This document shows, one piece after another, positions 24,581 through 37,733 of a DNA stretch of 64,000 nt. The translations under genes were made by a program, and so were the position numbers. The stretch's first letter is position 1, and every line of letters starts with the position of its first letter. This DNA comes from Octopus sinensis (lineage: Eukaryota). The stretch is taken from the NCBI RefSeq assembly GCF_006345805.1, contig NC_043003.1, positions 4,588,001 through 4,652,000 of the forward strand. The letters are read 5' to 3'. The notes beneath the pieces are model-generated. The model was not told the DNA's origin. It made no database searches and saw only the letters and a list, made by a program, of their open reading frames with translations.

Positions 24581-25665
24581 TTGTTGCTGCTGTAGTTGTT
24601 GTTGCTGTTACTATTGTCGTTTTATTTTTTAGTCACACTTGATTGAATAGTTTCTCTAACACATAATTCAGGAAATCAACCAGGTGTGACGCACCACCAC
24701 CGCCACAATATGTCAACTATCCCACCGTGCCTCCCCAACAGTTGTGCACCATATTGCACCTTGTAACTTACACACATTTATAATACAGACTGCAGTGTTG
24801 CAATCATACATTTCACCTATCCCCACCTCATACTCTTCCGTGACCACCACCACCAAAACTATATATTATATAAGTTTTATTAGGGACCGCAAAAAAATCT
24901 GAGTTGTTTTTGTTGCGTAAAACATGTTGGGGGGGGGTGACATCTTAGTACAATGTGTATGCATGCATGTCCATATGAGTGTGTGCATGTGTATATGTGC
25001 GTGTGTATGCGTTTATGTGGGTATATGTATAAGTGCATATATATGCATGTGCGTGTGTGTATGTGTGTATTTGTTTATGTGTTTGTGATGTATGATGCAT
25101 GTGTATGTTTGCCTGTTGCATGTGTCTATGTAGGTGCATATTGTGCATATATATATATATATGTATCATTGTATGGGTGTGTAAGTATGTATGTCTGTGC
25201 GTTGGTGCGTGTATGTGCGTATATGTATATGTAAGTATATGTATGTATGCGCTTGTATGTTTGTGCTTGTGTATGCGTATGCAAGTATGTGTGTATTAGT
25301 ATGTGAGAGGTGTGTGTGTGTGTGATTGTATTTGTCTATGTATGTTTGTGTATGAATGTGTGTACTTTGGTTTACCTCTGTGTGTGTGTGTGTATGTGTG
25401 TTTGTAATGAAGATATGGAGGCAGCTATTTCTGTGTGAATCTGGTTTTTCTGCATCGGCTGAAAATAATGACAGAAATCCTATTCTTCAAACGGTATCGT
25501 CGAAGTGTTCTGGGTGAGAGTTTAGCCCCAGGTCAGTCCCGTTCCACCAGTCCTGTAGCACACATAAACACGGAGGGCCGGCCAAACGACGAAGAGAGCC
25601 CTATTGATCCGTGACTCACTGCAACACCGGAAGTACTAAAAAAAACTATTGAAATGTTAACTCAC

Positions 25666-25757
25666 CATACAATACTGTGGTTTCTGGCCGGAAGGTGCCG
25701 CCACTAGGTAAATATAGTCGCCTTCTTCCCATCCGCCCCAACAATCAAGTCGAACCG
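25666..25757 (-). CDS. Internal coding exon (phase 1 to 0) of the DUF7042-like gene
   Basis: Acceptor TTTCTTGTGTATTGCAG, donor ATG|GTGAGT, 92 nt: VRLDCWGGWEEGDYIYLVAAPSGQKPQYCM (C-x-G-x-W-x2-G...Y...C pattern). Joins in frame to RFPK... at 10866. Confidence 0.8.
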
Positions 25758-25980
25758 CTGCAATACACAAGAAATAGAAACAGATTTAAGCATTATTATT
25801 ATTATCTTCGTTGTTGGCAAGCTGGCAGAATCGGTAGAGCGTCGGAAAAAAAATGCCTTGTGGTATTTTGTTTCGGTTATTTGCCTTCTCATCTCTTCGG
25901 GGTCGTTAAAGTACAGAACCAGTGAAATACTGCTAGGTCTATTGTATGGACTCACAAAAATCGCTGAACAAAAACCATTA

Positions 25981-26013
<33 letters not shown>

Positions 26014-26147
26014 GGTGACGATGATGATGATGATGACAACGACAATTCTGCTGAAACAACAGCAATAATAATTTTGTGCTCTGTTATAAGAACAATGCTG
26101 TAAATTAGTAGACTCATAATCCTAAATTAAAAGAAGTTACTATTTAG

Positions 26148-27045
26148 GTGCCGGGAGATGTGGGCACCTGGCACCTAGAATGTCGTAAGGCTCTCGCAGC
26201 CCCAGTCGGGCAATGGAATCGGTGGATGTTCCGATTTAGAAGTTTATAAAGGATTTAGTGGCGGGAAAGTGCAGCGACATTCTCTGGAAGACTCTGGGCG
26301 CCGAACTGACCAGTCTGTTCCGGAGGACATTCCGGTCGGGAAATATCATGGATAATCTCCAGATGTCCTTGGCCTGGCAGTGCTACAAGGGTGGGGATGG
26401 CGCGCGACCGGTCTGAGATAAACTATATGGGCACGGATGTGCGGTTAGACGGACTTGTCCGAGGTGCACGCAGAGTGAGGGAACCGTTCCCCTGCACTCG
26501 TTCACAGTCCAGGCCTTGCTCACTTGGCGAACAGCTGCTGTCATAAGCGGGACAGATCTGTCTATCGGCCGAGTCAATTAGTGATGATTGCCCCCACCAC
26601 CCACCTTTAATCGGACAGGCAAGGCAGTTCTTTTCCTGATGGCTGTGGAGAAAGAGGTTGTCTAGCAGACAAGGCTGAATGGCATGAGGACAGTTACATT
26701 CTTGTTTTGTAGAATTCTCATTGACTTCTTGGAGTTTCATTTAAAAGGAAATTGAGAGTGGAGAGGGAAGTGCTGTCCTCGAGTGAGTTTATAGAAAGGT
26801 GGGTGAAAGTTGCAGAAATGGCAAGAGTGAATTGTATCTCCTTAAGTGTAGAACTCTGAATCGGAGAGGGCACCTGCTCCAAGGGTTTCAGGAAAATCTC
26901 GGTGAGTGGAGTTCTTCGATTATCCCTTGAGGTCATCCTGTATCCGGAGGGCTGCATCTCTATCATCCTCTCCTCGCCTTCTTTCACTTTAAACCTTTGT
27001 ATACTACGTACATTTCCCTTCCTTTATTTTGTATACCGTGTATAC
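26148..27045 (+). mobile_element. L1/Tx1-clade LINE 3' fragment, degenerate
   Basis: Collinear DNA similarity to 40290-41000 (e.g. CCTTGGCCTGGCAGTGCTAC and AAGGAAATTGAGAGTGGAGAGGGAAGT). Confidence 0.75.
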
Positions 27046-27061
27046 ATACATTTCGCTCTCA

Positions 27062-27285
27062 GGATCGTTAACAGGCCGGGCGAAATACTTAGTGGTATTT
27101 CGTCTGCCGCTACGACCTGAGTTCAAATTCCACCGAGGTCGACTTTGCCTTCCATCCTTTCGGGGTCGATATATTAAGTACCAGTTACGCACTGGGGTCG
27201 ATATAATGGACTTAATCCATGTGCCTGTCCTTGTTCGTCTCTTCTGTGTTTAGCACCCTTGTGGATAGTAAAGAAATAGGTATTC
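27062..27285 (+). mobile_element. SINE family C
   Basis: Core GAGGTCGACTTTGCCTTCCATCCTTTCGGGGTCGAT and tail GTAAAGAAATAGGTAT. Confidence 0.85.
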
Positions 27286-29034
27286 CGTCTGCCCTTTTCA
27301 GTTGTCTAATAATTTCCTGATTATTCTGGCCGTGCCAAGGAGGCAAACCTTTGTAACAGTTCTACTGGGCACTCTTTTCCAATTTCCTTTATATTCCTCT
27401 TGATGCCTTCTGATTTTGTTCCTTGGACCCAACAATAGTTGGTACTGTCTTCACCTTCTTCATTTTCCGTGGCAAGATGGCTGAATTGTTAGCGTTTCGG
27501 ACAAAATGCTTAATGCCATACACATACACATACATACAAACATACATACATACACACACACATACATACATACACACACATACATACACATAAATACACA
27601 CACATATATACACACACATACATACATATATACACACACATACATACATACATACACACACTCATATACACACATACATACATAAGTTAATAGATATTTA
27701 AGTTGATACTCTTAACGATATTTTGCCCAGTCTCTGACGATAATGACGAGAAGGAACACATCATACAATGTAGTCCTGGATACACTGTGGCTGAATAAAC
27801 CGATCGAATTGTCATAGCTAGAACATAGAAGATAATACGTCTTGTGGCTAAGGAGTGACTCAGGGCAAGACAACTAGGAAAACATATTGAAGAATGTAGT
27901 CCTAGATAGACCGTGCCCGAAAGAATGATAAAATAATATAGGATGGGGTTCATTTTGATAAAATCAAATCCAAGTCGAATTACGGATATTCGACGACAGC
28001 AACAAGGAACTGAGTTTTAAAGGGGATAATTCCAATGAAGGAGAGTTATGTCATCGATGCCAACCGTGCTTCAACTCTGATTAAAAGTTTAAACCGAACT
28101 CTCTAATAATTGCTGAAGAATCACATAAAATAAATGTTCAAAACTGTCTTAGTGTTCGTGATGTCTTTAATTAGTTGTGACAACCTCAATTAGTTGTGAC
28201 GTCCATAATTAACTGCGACGGGTCCTATTAAGCTCGTGCTTGATAAAGTTAAAATATGCAAGATTAAGTGAAAATTTTGATTATTTATTTATTAACATCA
28301 ACAATTATTGTGAGGTTTGCACTTAAAATACCATTGGTGACCCTCGATGATGAATAATTTCACTTGGATTACCAAAATTATTTGTATTTTCCTCGTGTTT
28401 GTGGTTATAATCTCTGTTGGCGATTGATGAAGACCAACCTTCGTTTGGCTAACAGAATTGTTAATTGTATATTACTCATGCCCACACTTTTAAAATCTTT
28501 TGGCCTTTCTGTTCGGGTGGAACGTTGTGACTCATACGCTATGGAAACCGGATAACCGGACTTGTGAGTATTCTCAGGACTTGAACCAGTAATATCCAGG
28601 GATTGATAATGGTGATGATTCCTGGAGACCAATGTTCTTTGGTCTATCAAAATTATTGTTGTATATTCCCCATGTCTTCATTTACAGTTATTGACAATTC
28701 CTGACGATTAACCTTCCTTTGGTTACCAAAATTCCATCACAAAGTCAAACTTTCTGTTAATGAGAACCTATTAAAATGCTCTGATAAAAATAGCAGTAGA
28801 AGTCCCTTTGAAATCAAAACTTCCATTAAAAAAAATACGAGGCGGCACCTTAGATAATGTAGTCCTAGGCTTTCACAAAAAGACTGGGTTGTCACGGCGA
28901 GAATCCCTTTAAGCATGCGTCTGCGAGCATCAGACCTGATCTGGTGCTTAACGTCAATGTTTACTGTATTCCTGGTTACGGTTTAACTCCACTCCCCAAC
29001 CTCGCTCATCTCTAGTAGTCATCTGCTTGGCAAA

Positions 29035-29205
29035 TGGTGTTGGTGGGATTATGTCTCCATGACTTAGCGGTTCAGTTAAAGAAAGATCGACAGAATAAGT
29101 ACCAGGCTTAAAAATAAAAATGAAAAAGCCCCGGGGTCGATTCATTCTTCAAGGTGGTGCCCCAGTATGGCCCAGTACGAATGAAAGAAGTAAAGGATAA
29201 AAGAT
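29035..29205 (+). mobile_element. SINE family B, 3' half, degenerate
   Basis: GACTTAGCGGTTCAG...GATCGACAGAATAAGTACCAGGCTT...GGGGTCGA. Confidence 0.7.
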
Positions 29206-30276
29206 AAGACTGATATCGAAACTCGTCGTCTGTTCAATAATCTTTCGTTGATTGTTTGCTAAATATGAACATTTCTCATGACCGATGCCTCGAGAGAATC
29301 TTGTGACCAGTTCTAACGGTCTTCGGAATATTGTGTGGTGAATATTCCTTGAATATTGCTTAAGGTAATCTGTAAAATGGTACGAGTGACATTAACACGT
29401 ATGTATATGTGTGTGTGTATGTATGTATGTATGTATGTAAATATAGGTATGTACATATATATATGTGTGTATGTATATATATGTATGTATGTATGTACAT
29501 ATAAATGTATGTATGTACGTACATAAATATGTACGAGTGTGTGTGTATGTAGATATGTATGTACGTATATATATATGTGTGTATGTATATATGTGTATGT
29601 ATATACATATATATGTATGTATGTATGTACATAAATATGTACGAGTGTGTGTGTATGTAGATGTGGGTGTATGTAGATATATGTGTATGCATATATATAT
29701 ATATATAGATAGATAGATACACACATACATACACATATATATACATACACACACATACTCATACATAATTATCATTATATATATACATACAAATCTATCT
29801 ACATGTATTTATCTGTGTGTATCTGTGTGCGTATGTGTGCATTAGTGTGTATATGCGTATGTGTGTTCATGTGCTTCGTTATAAGTGTGTATATGTGGCC
29901 GTATATATTCCGTGTGTTCGTCTCTCTCTCTCTGCCTACGCATCTTTGTGTGTGCCAGGGGCCATGTGACTCAGAAAGACAATTATGGAGAATCACACAA
30001 TAAATATTCAAAAGTTACCATTTGCTAAGAGAATCTGACAAGTTTAACAGAAGAAGGCGAAGTCTTCATCGTTGCAATTCCATCAAAGCTACTACCATGT
30101 TATGGAAGCTATGAAAATGGTGACCTTACAGTTTGGTGGAATCTTCTCTATCATCATTGCTAATTCTAACCAAATAGCAAGACAACTGAAGAATACAAAT
30201 AACCATAAAAGCATTAACACCGCAAAGAGAAGCATCAACACCCATAGACATCACTTTACCGTCAGCGCTATGAAGC

Positions 30277-31005
30277 ATGATCGTCGTCGTCGTCGTCATC
30301 ATCATCATCGACATCATCGACATCTTCACCACCACCACCACTAGCACCACCACCACTACCACCACCACCACCGTCGTCTTCGCCGTCTTCATCATCATCA
30401 TCATCATCGACATCTTCACCACCACCAATACCACCACCAAAACCACCACCGCCACCACCACAACCACCACCACAACCACCACCAACACCACCACCACCAC
30501 CAAAACTACCACCAAAACCACCACCAAAACTACCACCAAAACCACCACCAAAACCACCACCACCACCACCGTCTTCGCCGTCTTCCTCATCATGGTCATC
30601 ATCATCATCATCGACATCTTCCCCACCACTACCGTCGTCGTCTTCGCTGTCTTCATCACCATGGTCGTCATCATTCCCATTTTCATCGTCGTCATCGTCG
30701 TGTATGTTATTATCGCCCTCTTTGCTCTCCTTCTTCAACTCTCGTTCTCCTCTCTTACTACTACAAAAACTACTACTACTACTATTACTACACAGTTGCA
30801 CCCACGCCATCATCATCATCACCAGCCGCCGCAACAGCAGCAGTAGCAGCAACAGCAACAGGAGCGGCAGCGTTACACCCAACAACTTTAACAGCTAAAC
30901 AACCACCACCACCACCACCACCACCACCACCACCACCACCACCACCACACCACCACCACTACCACCATCACCACCACCACCACCACCACCACCACCACCA
31001 CCACA

Positions 31006-31015
<10 letters not shown>
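30277..31015. repeat. Compound trinucleotide array (CAC/CAT/GTC/ACT/CAG) with higher-order units
   Basis: Direct reading; recurrent CGACATCTTC and CGTCTTCGCCGTCTTC blocks. Confidence 0.9.
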
Positions 31016-31091
<76 letters not shown>

Positions 31092-31105
31092 TGTTGTGTC
31101 TTTTT

Positions 31106-31221
31106 GTGCCTTATAATTTAACACACTCACCGGTAAAATTTCCACTTATTTCATATTTTAATTTTCCTAAATTTAGAAATAAGTGGAAATTTTACTGCTG
31201 ATGTGTTAAATTATAAGGCAC
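31106..31221. repeat. Inverted repeat, about 47-bp arms, 23-nt loop
   Basis: GTGCCTTATAATTTAACACA...GTAAAATTTCCACTTATTTC mirrored by GAAATAAGTGGAAATTTTAC...TGTGTTAAATTATAAGGCAC. Confidence 0.88.
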
Positions 31222-31312
31222 TAAAAGAGAATGACTCTCCCCTGACACAACAGAATATACTTCAACACACGAATTCACATAAAGAATTTCGGAAACCGAA
31301 TCCATAAACGAA

Positions 31313-31351
<39 letters not shown>

Positions 31352-31362
31352 ATATATATACA

Positions 31363-31485
31363 CTTTATCTAAAGCAGCAGAAAATTCAACAAAACCTGTT
31401 ACTCTGAGTTTCACGTTCCCGACGAACGGGAACGTGAAACTCAGAGTGACAGGTTTTGTTGAATTTTCTGCTGCTTTAGATAAAG
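31363..31485. repeat. Inverted repeat, 59-bp arms, 5-nt loop; Penelope-like pseudo-LTR inversion
   Basis: One mismatch between arms; one-sided extension to about 31557, then (TA)n. Confidence 0.9.
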
Positions 31486-31629
31486 CATATTACTCTACCA
31501 CTGGTATTTGAGTACTCTTTTTTCCACCTTGTTTCACATTTATGTGTTTATTCCGGTATATATATATATATATATATTCCACATATAAAAAAGCAGCCAT
31601 ACCAACAATCAAACATATTTTCTCTATTT

Positions 31630-31810
31630 CGTTATATTAGCACGCCGGACAAAAGGCTTAGCAGCATTCCGTCCGTCTTTAAGTCGACTCTTTAAGTTCC
31701 ATTCTTTCAGGGTCGACGAAATAAGTATCTGTTGAGCACTGGGTTTGATGCAATCGACTAGATCCTTCCTTACAAAATTTCAGGTCAGATGCCTATGATG
31801 TAAAAGATTA
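31630..31810 (+). mobile_element. SINE family C, degenerate
   Basis: TTAGCACGCCGGACAAAAGGCTTAGC...GGGTCGACGAAATAAGTA. Confidence 0.7.
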
Positions 31811-32409
31811 TTATCTTTATTAAAGACACTGGATTTGAAGGAACAGTGACCTGCAACTGACCTCCGGCTCTTAACGTTATAAGTTCAAATCCCGCCGAGG
31901 TTAATTTTGCTTTTTGTTCCCTCGAGTCAGAACAAATAAAGTACCAGTCATGTGCTGAGGTCGATGAAATTGCTAGCCTTGTGACTAAACTAGAAACAAT
32001 TATATTTAATTATTGTAATTAAAATATTAATTAGCATAGTTTATATTTAAGGTATTAGCAAAGTTAGTGCCTTAGGAATTATCTACGATATTATTCAGAG
32101 TTTTGGATGAGAGTGCTCGATAAACGAATGGGTGCAAGGTGCAAAGAGAAGAAAATAATACAAATATTGTCTACCAACCTTCATCCGAAGCTGGCAACCC
32201 GGATTCTTGGAGGTCATTTACTTTTAAAATATCTATAAAAAAAAAATAAATAAAAAATATAAATACCAACTTTCATCTTATTAACATTAATATTACCGCT
32301 ATCTATTATTATCATTATCATTATTATTACTACTACTACCACTACTATTATTATTATTATAATTATTATCATTATTACTATTATTATTATTATTATTATT
32401 ATTACTAAA

Positions 32410-32612
32410 GTGGCGAAGTGGCAGAATTGTTAGCACGCCGGATTAAATGCTGAGCCGTATTTCGTGCGTCTTTACCTTCGGGCTTCAAATTCCACTGAGG
32501 TTGACCTTGCCTTTCATTCTTTCCGGCTTGATATAATAAGTACCAGTTGGACACTGGGGTCGATGTAATCGACTCACCCACTCCCTAAAATCTCAGGCCT
32601 ATCGTAGAAAGG
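32410..32612 (+). mobile_element. SINE family C
   Basis: GGCGAAGTGGCAGAATTGTTAGCACGCCGG head; core GAGGTTGACCTTGCCTTTCAT. Confidence 0.8.
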
Positions 32613-32635
32613 ATTATTATTATCATTATTATTAT

Positions 32636-32822
32636 TACTTTACTTCTCAGAACGCTCGGTCATGTTTGTTCTGGTAGATTCTGCGAGAGCGGACAGCAGC
32701 CTACCGTCAGAGGTCTCACAGGGTTTCTTCCTGCACATTATATTCTTTGATACCTGGTCGTTAATTATCGTAGGGGACATTCAACATCCAAGTACAAATC
32801 TCAAAATCCTAGCCGTTCCCAG
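32636..32822 (-). mobile_element. R4/Dong-type LINE 3' UTR fragment between (TAA)n arrays
   Basis: Reverse complement GAGACCTCTGACGGTAGGCTGCTGTCCGCTCTCGCAGAAT...GACCGAG matches the 3' end at 44275-44350. Confidence 0.65.
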
Positions 32823-33646
32823 CATTATTATTATTATTATTGTTATTGTTATTATTATTATTATTATTAGTATTAGTATTAGTATTATTATTATTTGCGC
32901 AGTGATTAGAATTGGTAGAGGGCGGACTAAATGATTTGCAATATTTTCTTACAAGCCTTTGAAGATGATTGGTTGCCGAGTGGCGGGTAAGATCACGTGG
33001 TTTGTATGGTCTGCCCTACGAATTTTATATTTATATGCCAGACTCTTTTGGTGACCTCTTGACAGATATCAGCTATAAACGGCAGCAGAACGGGAGAATT
33101 CTTTGTCCTGAGACAGCTGGGTTTGATCTCAGAATAAAACACCAAGAGGCATTCGTTTTAGTCATTTACGTTTCGAATTCAAATCCATCGACATCAATGT
33201 CATCTTCTGTCCCTCAAAGGTCGATTAATAAAGTACTGGGCTGGATATATTTGAGTCACCCTCACCCAGATCTGTGACCTTGTGTTAGAAGTCATATCTA
33301 AACCAACGCGAAGCCACATATTTTTGTTACATTTGATTCACCTAAAACATATAGGTCACGCTGCTTTTATACCTGACAATTTGTCAAAATAGAAATATCG
33401 TAGAAACCCCCCACCCTGCCCACAAAAAACAACAACAACAAAAAAATAACGATAATTTAATTCAGCAATCAGCGGTAAAATTTGGCGCAAACATCCATGG
33501 ATAAACCGCAGAGAGTAGCAGATGATGGACCGGTTGAATTGGATGTATAGAACGAAGAGTTCATAGTAGTACTCAATAACGGCGTTGATAACTGCGAGGG
33601 ATTTACTACTACTGATACTACTACTGTTGCTGTGCTGTCGCTGTGG

Positions 33647-33979
33647 GAGAAGTCCGAAACGTGGTCCTTTGCTATTCGTAAGATCCGCAGAAGAGAAAGC
33701 AGGTCAACCCCCGACACCGAGAGCATCGACGGATGGATGAATGCGCATCCAGGCTCAGCGGTTGCGTAGGAAGTCGGGGACAAGAAACAGGAAGAAAGAG
33801 TGAGAGAAAGTTGGATCGAAAGATAACAACAGGGGTCGCCACCCCCATCCCCTGCCGGAGCCTCGTAGAACTTTAGGTGTTTTCGCTCAATAAACACACA
33901 CAACGCCCGGTCTGGGAATTGAAACCGCGATCCTCTGACCGCGAGTCCGCTACCCTAACCACTGGGCCATTGCGCCTCC
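33647..33979 (-). mobile_element. SINE family A, tail type 2
   Basis: Collinear with 24250-24580. Confidence 0.88.
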
Positions 33980-34977
33980 ACTGTTGTTGTTGCTGAAAGC
34001 AAAACGAGCAATGGCTGTAAAAAGAGTAAAATAAAAGAAAAAAGCGCTGAAAAAGATGGAAAGATAAAGATTCTGTGTGAATGTAGCGACAAATTGGAGA
34101 TGAAAGAGTGTGAGAGAGATATCTGGCGTGTGATTAATTACAACGGAATTGGTATCAATTGCAACAACAACAAAAACAACAAATATTTGACGATTCTTGA
34201 ATGCCTGAAATCAAAGATGGTTTGAAGCGGACTTGAAGTATTGGAATCCTCAAAAGCGGGTTGTAATCTTGAAGAAGACCAGGCGGTTGTTTTAGCATTG
34301 AAAGAGACCATTTCTATATTGGCAAAATGGCGCTGCCAGAATACTTGTACGGTAAAAAGACACGGTTACACAATTTATAGTGATGTGGTGTATATGGAAG
34401 TAGAGTTTGGTGATAAAGCAAGTTGTTGTTAAATCGTCCAGAAATGTGGAAGGTTAGGCAAGTTACTTAACTATGTTTCCTCATGATATGAGAAGAAGAA
34501 GCAACTTTATTCAAAAAGAAGGAAAGCTTTTGTGAGTTGCGTTCCTGGCGATTAATAGGCAATAAATATAAACAACAGGCTCTTCGAGAAAATAGACTAC
34601 ATTATCTAATGTAGCTTACTCGATTTTAAGATGGTAAGATGTAAGCTGAAGGAGATTTAGGTGTTATTTCTAGCATGTCAGTCGACAAGTTAGAAGTTTC
34701 TTTCAATGTATTCGTTGTTGCTATGCTCATTGGAGGCGAATACAACAAAATAGAAGTGTAGTTTGGCAAGTTGAAGTACACCAGCGTGTCTTAGTAAGAG
34801 ACGTCCATCGTGACACACATATCGATCGGGAGAGATGAGTGAGGCTAGATTAGGGTAAGTTGATACAGAGCTTATGCTCCAATATGCACCTATATGACTT
34901 CAAGAACAAAATACAAAGAACTCTTTAATTCATATTTACCGAAATTGGTATCACGGAATCGATCAAGAAAATTCATA

Positions 34978-35170
34978 GACACATACATACATACATACAT
35001 ACACATACATACATACATACATACATACATACACTCACATACATACATACATACATACATACATACATACATACATACATACATACATACACATACATAC
35101 ATACATACATACATACATACATACATACATACATACATACATACATACACATACATACATACATACATAC
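34978..35170. repeat. (TACA)n microsatellite
   Basis: Direct reading. Confidence 0.95.
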
Positions 35171-36028
35171 AAACATTTTCTTTCTTTATTTTTTGAACTG
35201 ATGAAAAAGAAATTTAAGATAAGAATGTTTAGTAGTATTTTCCAAAGACATAGTATACTATAGCTGTATTCTTCAAATGTACCCACTCACATTTACGCAC
35301 GCACATACACGCACGCACACACTCACACATACACACTTGCACACATATATATGTATAACTCAGACACATATGCACACATACACACACCGTTAAACAGGTG
35401 CATAATCGTACGTACATCTCATATATGGATGAATGCTAAATATACATACATGAAGATGGTTATATTTCTGGTCTACCATTCATATATGCACGTACATTTA
35501 TACGCACTTACATAAATACAAACATACTCACACGCACACATGTTTGTATGTATGTATGTATGTATGTATGTATGTATGTATGTATGTATGTATGTATGTA
35601 TGTATGTATGTATGTATGCATGTATGTATGTATGTGTATATGTATGTGTATATCTATGTGTGTGTGTATAGTGTGTGCTTATATTAAATTATTGGCGTGT
35701 TAACAGAAAGCTGTTTCATTACTTCATTACTTCTCCCCTATTATTCCAGCAGATTTTTATCCAAAACTTCGTGTACTGAGAAATTTAAACGTTTTCCCTT
35801 TGTATGAAATATCTTTGTAGGCAATAAAGAAATAACTGATTAAATAAAAAATAAATAAATAGCAACCGGAATTGTTTCAATCCTCTGCTGGGATTTCATC
35901 GGCAACCGAGTCTGTCTTTTTATTGATAGTTACAGTTCCTAGAGACACGGCTTATAAGCCTTATTTGTCAATTCATCAGGAAATTGAATACACCAGTTTG
36001 CATATATAGCGCGTTCCTTGCAGCTAGA

Positions 36029-36402
36029 TCTTTATATATAAAAGTAAGGTTGTGTGCTGTCTGTCTCCTACGATTTAGATTCCTAACTACTCCCACATTT
36101 TGCGGTGCAGTTTAACCAAAACCGGGTATCTTATAGTCGTGATTCATATCGAACCCTTCTGGGTATTAGCGCGCGTCTAAAAAAATTTACCATCAATTTT
36201 TTCCATTTTTAATGCATTTTTGGCATATATAAGGGAAATAACTCTCTAAAAATTTATTATTAAATCTCAGAACGTAAAAAGCTACAGTAACCCCCCCTTT
36301 GTGTTTAGCCATATTGAGATGGCTATTATACTTTACATCTCTAAAAATGCTTATATAGTTATTTCCCTTACAAAACCGAGCAACGCCGGGCGATACTGCT
36401 AG
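36029..36402 (+). mobile_element. Non-autonomous Helitron
   Basis: A|TC start, CTAG|T end; 3' part shared with 18126-18502. Confidence 0.8.
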
Positions 36403-37498
36403 TTGATTAATAAATTATTTGCCAATCTGAGACAACAGAAGTGAGAGAGGTTGTTAGAGCGGTGTCTGAAGTATAAGAGGAAAACAGATTAGTGGGAGAG
36501 GAGAGAAGGATTTTCTGGTCAACTTGGACGAAGTTGGTAAGGTAACTCACAAATCTAGTAATAGTAACCAGACCAGTCTATTAAATTTATTTACTGATAC
36601 GGTTGTACATAGGGTAAATGTGTTCGAAAGTTGTGCACTCTTTGGCTTGTTTGTTCTCAAACAACACTTATTTTAGTGCTGTTGACACCGCCGGATTGTA
36701 CAAGTGCCGAAATCATAATGGTGTCCGTGGGGATGCTGATGATGGATGCATGTTGTATTATTGATATGGCTATTTTTGTATATGTGGAATAGTAATTAAA
36801 ACATCTTTTTAATATATATATTATATATATATATAATATAAAAGTTGAGTTGTGGGGTATCGCACGAGTGGGATTATATAAAAAAAAGTTGAAAATGCAA
36901 TTTAAACGATGTTTTTTACTTAACCGGTTTCACTCTTGGTAAAAGATTGTCAACAGTTACATTTAAGGAAACATTGAATAATATGGGTTCAAAAAAAGTT
37001 TTTTACATAATTGTCATATTGGATATTATGAATTCAAAAATGTTTTTTTATACATAATTGTCACATTACATGTATAAATATAGTGTTTGGTAACAGAGAA
37101 GTTCAATAGTATGATGAGAATATTTGGGAAAATTTGGCAGAAAAGGATAAAACAAATATATTATTGGGAATTGGTTGCGTTAATTATTGGTTGTCGCAAA
37201 TTGTCACATTACATGTATATATATACAATCTTCGGTATATATATACAGCCTTTTGACAGCAAAAATTAAAATGGATTTTTTTATACATCTCAGAATATTT
37301 TAAGTACAAGGCGAGAATATGTTTTTTCTGACCTGTTGGTATTAGCAGAAAGGCTGAACTGAGAGAACAGAGGAAGTAGCCAATGTGGTGTATACTTCCC
37401 CTTTATTGCATGATGATTTGGGGTTATCAGGAGGTTTATATGCGGGTGTGAATAGATGTGTCCGTGCCCGCTGGTCAGATAGCGTCTGTTTGTCACAC

Positions 37499-37531
<33 letters not shown>

Positions 37532-37692
37532 ACCCACCCACACACACACACACATAGTAAACAAACACACACCACATACAAACAACCACACACACACAGA
37601 ACACCCACACCCCACACACAACGCACCCCCATATATCACATATACACACAGCACACAAATATATATATATAGATATATATATTGTATGTATA

Positions 37693-37733
<41 letters not shown>

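Noticed and set aside
28169-28225. CRISPR-like repeat/spacer pattern
   Set aside because: Eukaryotic context, only three degenerate 19-bp units with no proper spacers, and no cas genes.
30040-30190. Short exon-like readings on both strands (EEGEVFIVAIPSKLLPCYGSYEN; LSCYLVRISNDDREDSTK)
   Set aside because: Cannot be phase-linked with confidence to the supported exons, and motif similarity is weak.
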